NCBI GenBank assembly: GCA_002633005.1 | Contig: NMRA01000094.1 | Coordinates: 24,208 to 88,207, forward strand | From: Phoronis australis | Lineage: Eukaryota > Animalia > Phoronida | Direction of reading: 5' to 3' | Length of the DNA: 64,000 nt | Part shown: in pieces, positions 62,910-64,000 of the stretch | Numbering within the stretch: position 1 is the stretch's first letter | How the letters are laid out: every line of letters starts with the position of its first letter | Program-made: the position numbers and the translations under genes | Notes under the pieces: model-generated | Databases searched by the model: none | Told to the model about the DNA's origin: nothing | Seen by the model: the letters and a program-made list of their open reading frames with translations, nothing else

Positions 62910-64000
62910 GTAAAACTTGCTTTAAAAATATGAACTACGCCACCATGGCGCAGGCATACTTACAGCTGATACCCAGACTTTAGTTAACTTGCTCACGCGC
63001 TGAGCGCCATCAAAAGTATAAGTGGGATGACGTCAGAATGGACTTGCTTTTTGTCGTTGTTTTTTTAAAATTCTTGCCATTAACTCCGCTTACAGCCAAG
63101 TGCATCGATTTTGAAAAATCAAGCGTAACAGTTATTTTTCAACTCTGAAAACACGCATACATGGATCATTTTAGAAAAACGTTGATCTGTGTGGATTGAC
63201 CCACACGGCCTCAAGTCTATGGGACAGTTTACAGGCCGTATGGGCCATGTAAGGTTTTTGCCCATTTTCGATTCTGAGTTTAATGGTCCTGTTGGCTCGA
63301 CCACTGTGAATCAATGATATTATTTTTGCGTCAATGACACGGGTTGTGCTCCTAAAATTATCCCTGCGAAGGTCACAGTTGTCTATCGTCTTCTTAAAAC
63401 CTGTACATGTTTACAGGAACATACTAGTTACGTGCAATGTACATCGAAAGCCCAGTGGTCGCTTGTGACAATGATTCTTTGATGCACTGACAGACCAGCT
63501 GAAACGCTAAGCGACACGTTTTAACATTACAAATTAATGTGGTTGTGATTCACACATGAATCTGCCGCCTTTTGCGTTCATTGGCGGCATCGCATTCTGG
63601 CAACGAAAAATAAAAATATATTCATAGTTTATAAACCTATTGACAAAACCCAGCGATACCACACACTTCATGATAAGGAAGTGCCCAAATTATAAATCAA
63701 GACACCTCAATCTGGAAACTCATTGTTACATTTCTCTCTATGTCTCATTATTTTTCTGTATTTCTACGCTATGAGTATAACATCAAATCAAAGTTGTGGA
63801 ACTATAGGCTGACTAACCCTCAAGAATTACCTTGCCTTGAAAACAATTTTTCTACAATCAAAAAGGACTGGAGAAATGAAACTGTGCACGTCTGCAATCA
63901 GCGATGATCTTTTTCAGGATGCAAATCATTTCCTATCTTGACTTGTGCTATTCAGTAGTCTCAGGTTTAGTTTTCATTTCCGTCCATGTAAAAATATGTG

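Noticed and set aside
63910-63960. Next CYP exon after TTTTCAG
   Set aside because: The required frame hits a stop and lacks the I-helix AGxxTT motif.

Overview
AT-rich, repeat-dense eukaryotic (animal) genomic DNA with spliced genes. A marine-invertebrate/lophotrochozoan-like source is an inference from the repeat and gene repertoire. Three host genes are visible: a complete 9-coding-exon PRDM4 orthologue on the minus strand (CDS 26840-40015, 778 aa by my splicing), the last exon of a small chitin-binding type-2-like gene lying tail-to-tail with it, and the first five exons of a clan-2 cytochrome P450 that runs off the right edge. The rest is a mosaic of decayed and nested mobile elements: a Gypsy integrase/LTR end, two copies of a non-autonomous Helitron, CAG-terminated TIR elements with 5-bp target duplications, mariner-type MITEs, a Penelope GIY-YIG fragment, LINE fragments and many minisatellites. 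The most distinctive item is a TTAA-flanked Kolobok-type transposon (52053-56775) carrying a THAP gene and a convergent, spliced P2X7-C-terminal-domain-like gene, both decayed. I found no CRISPR array, rRNA or true tRNA. All calls come from reading by eye; no searches were run.
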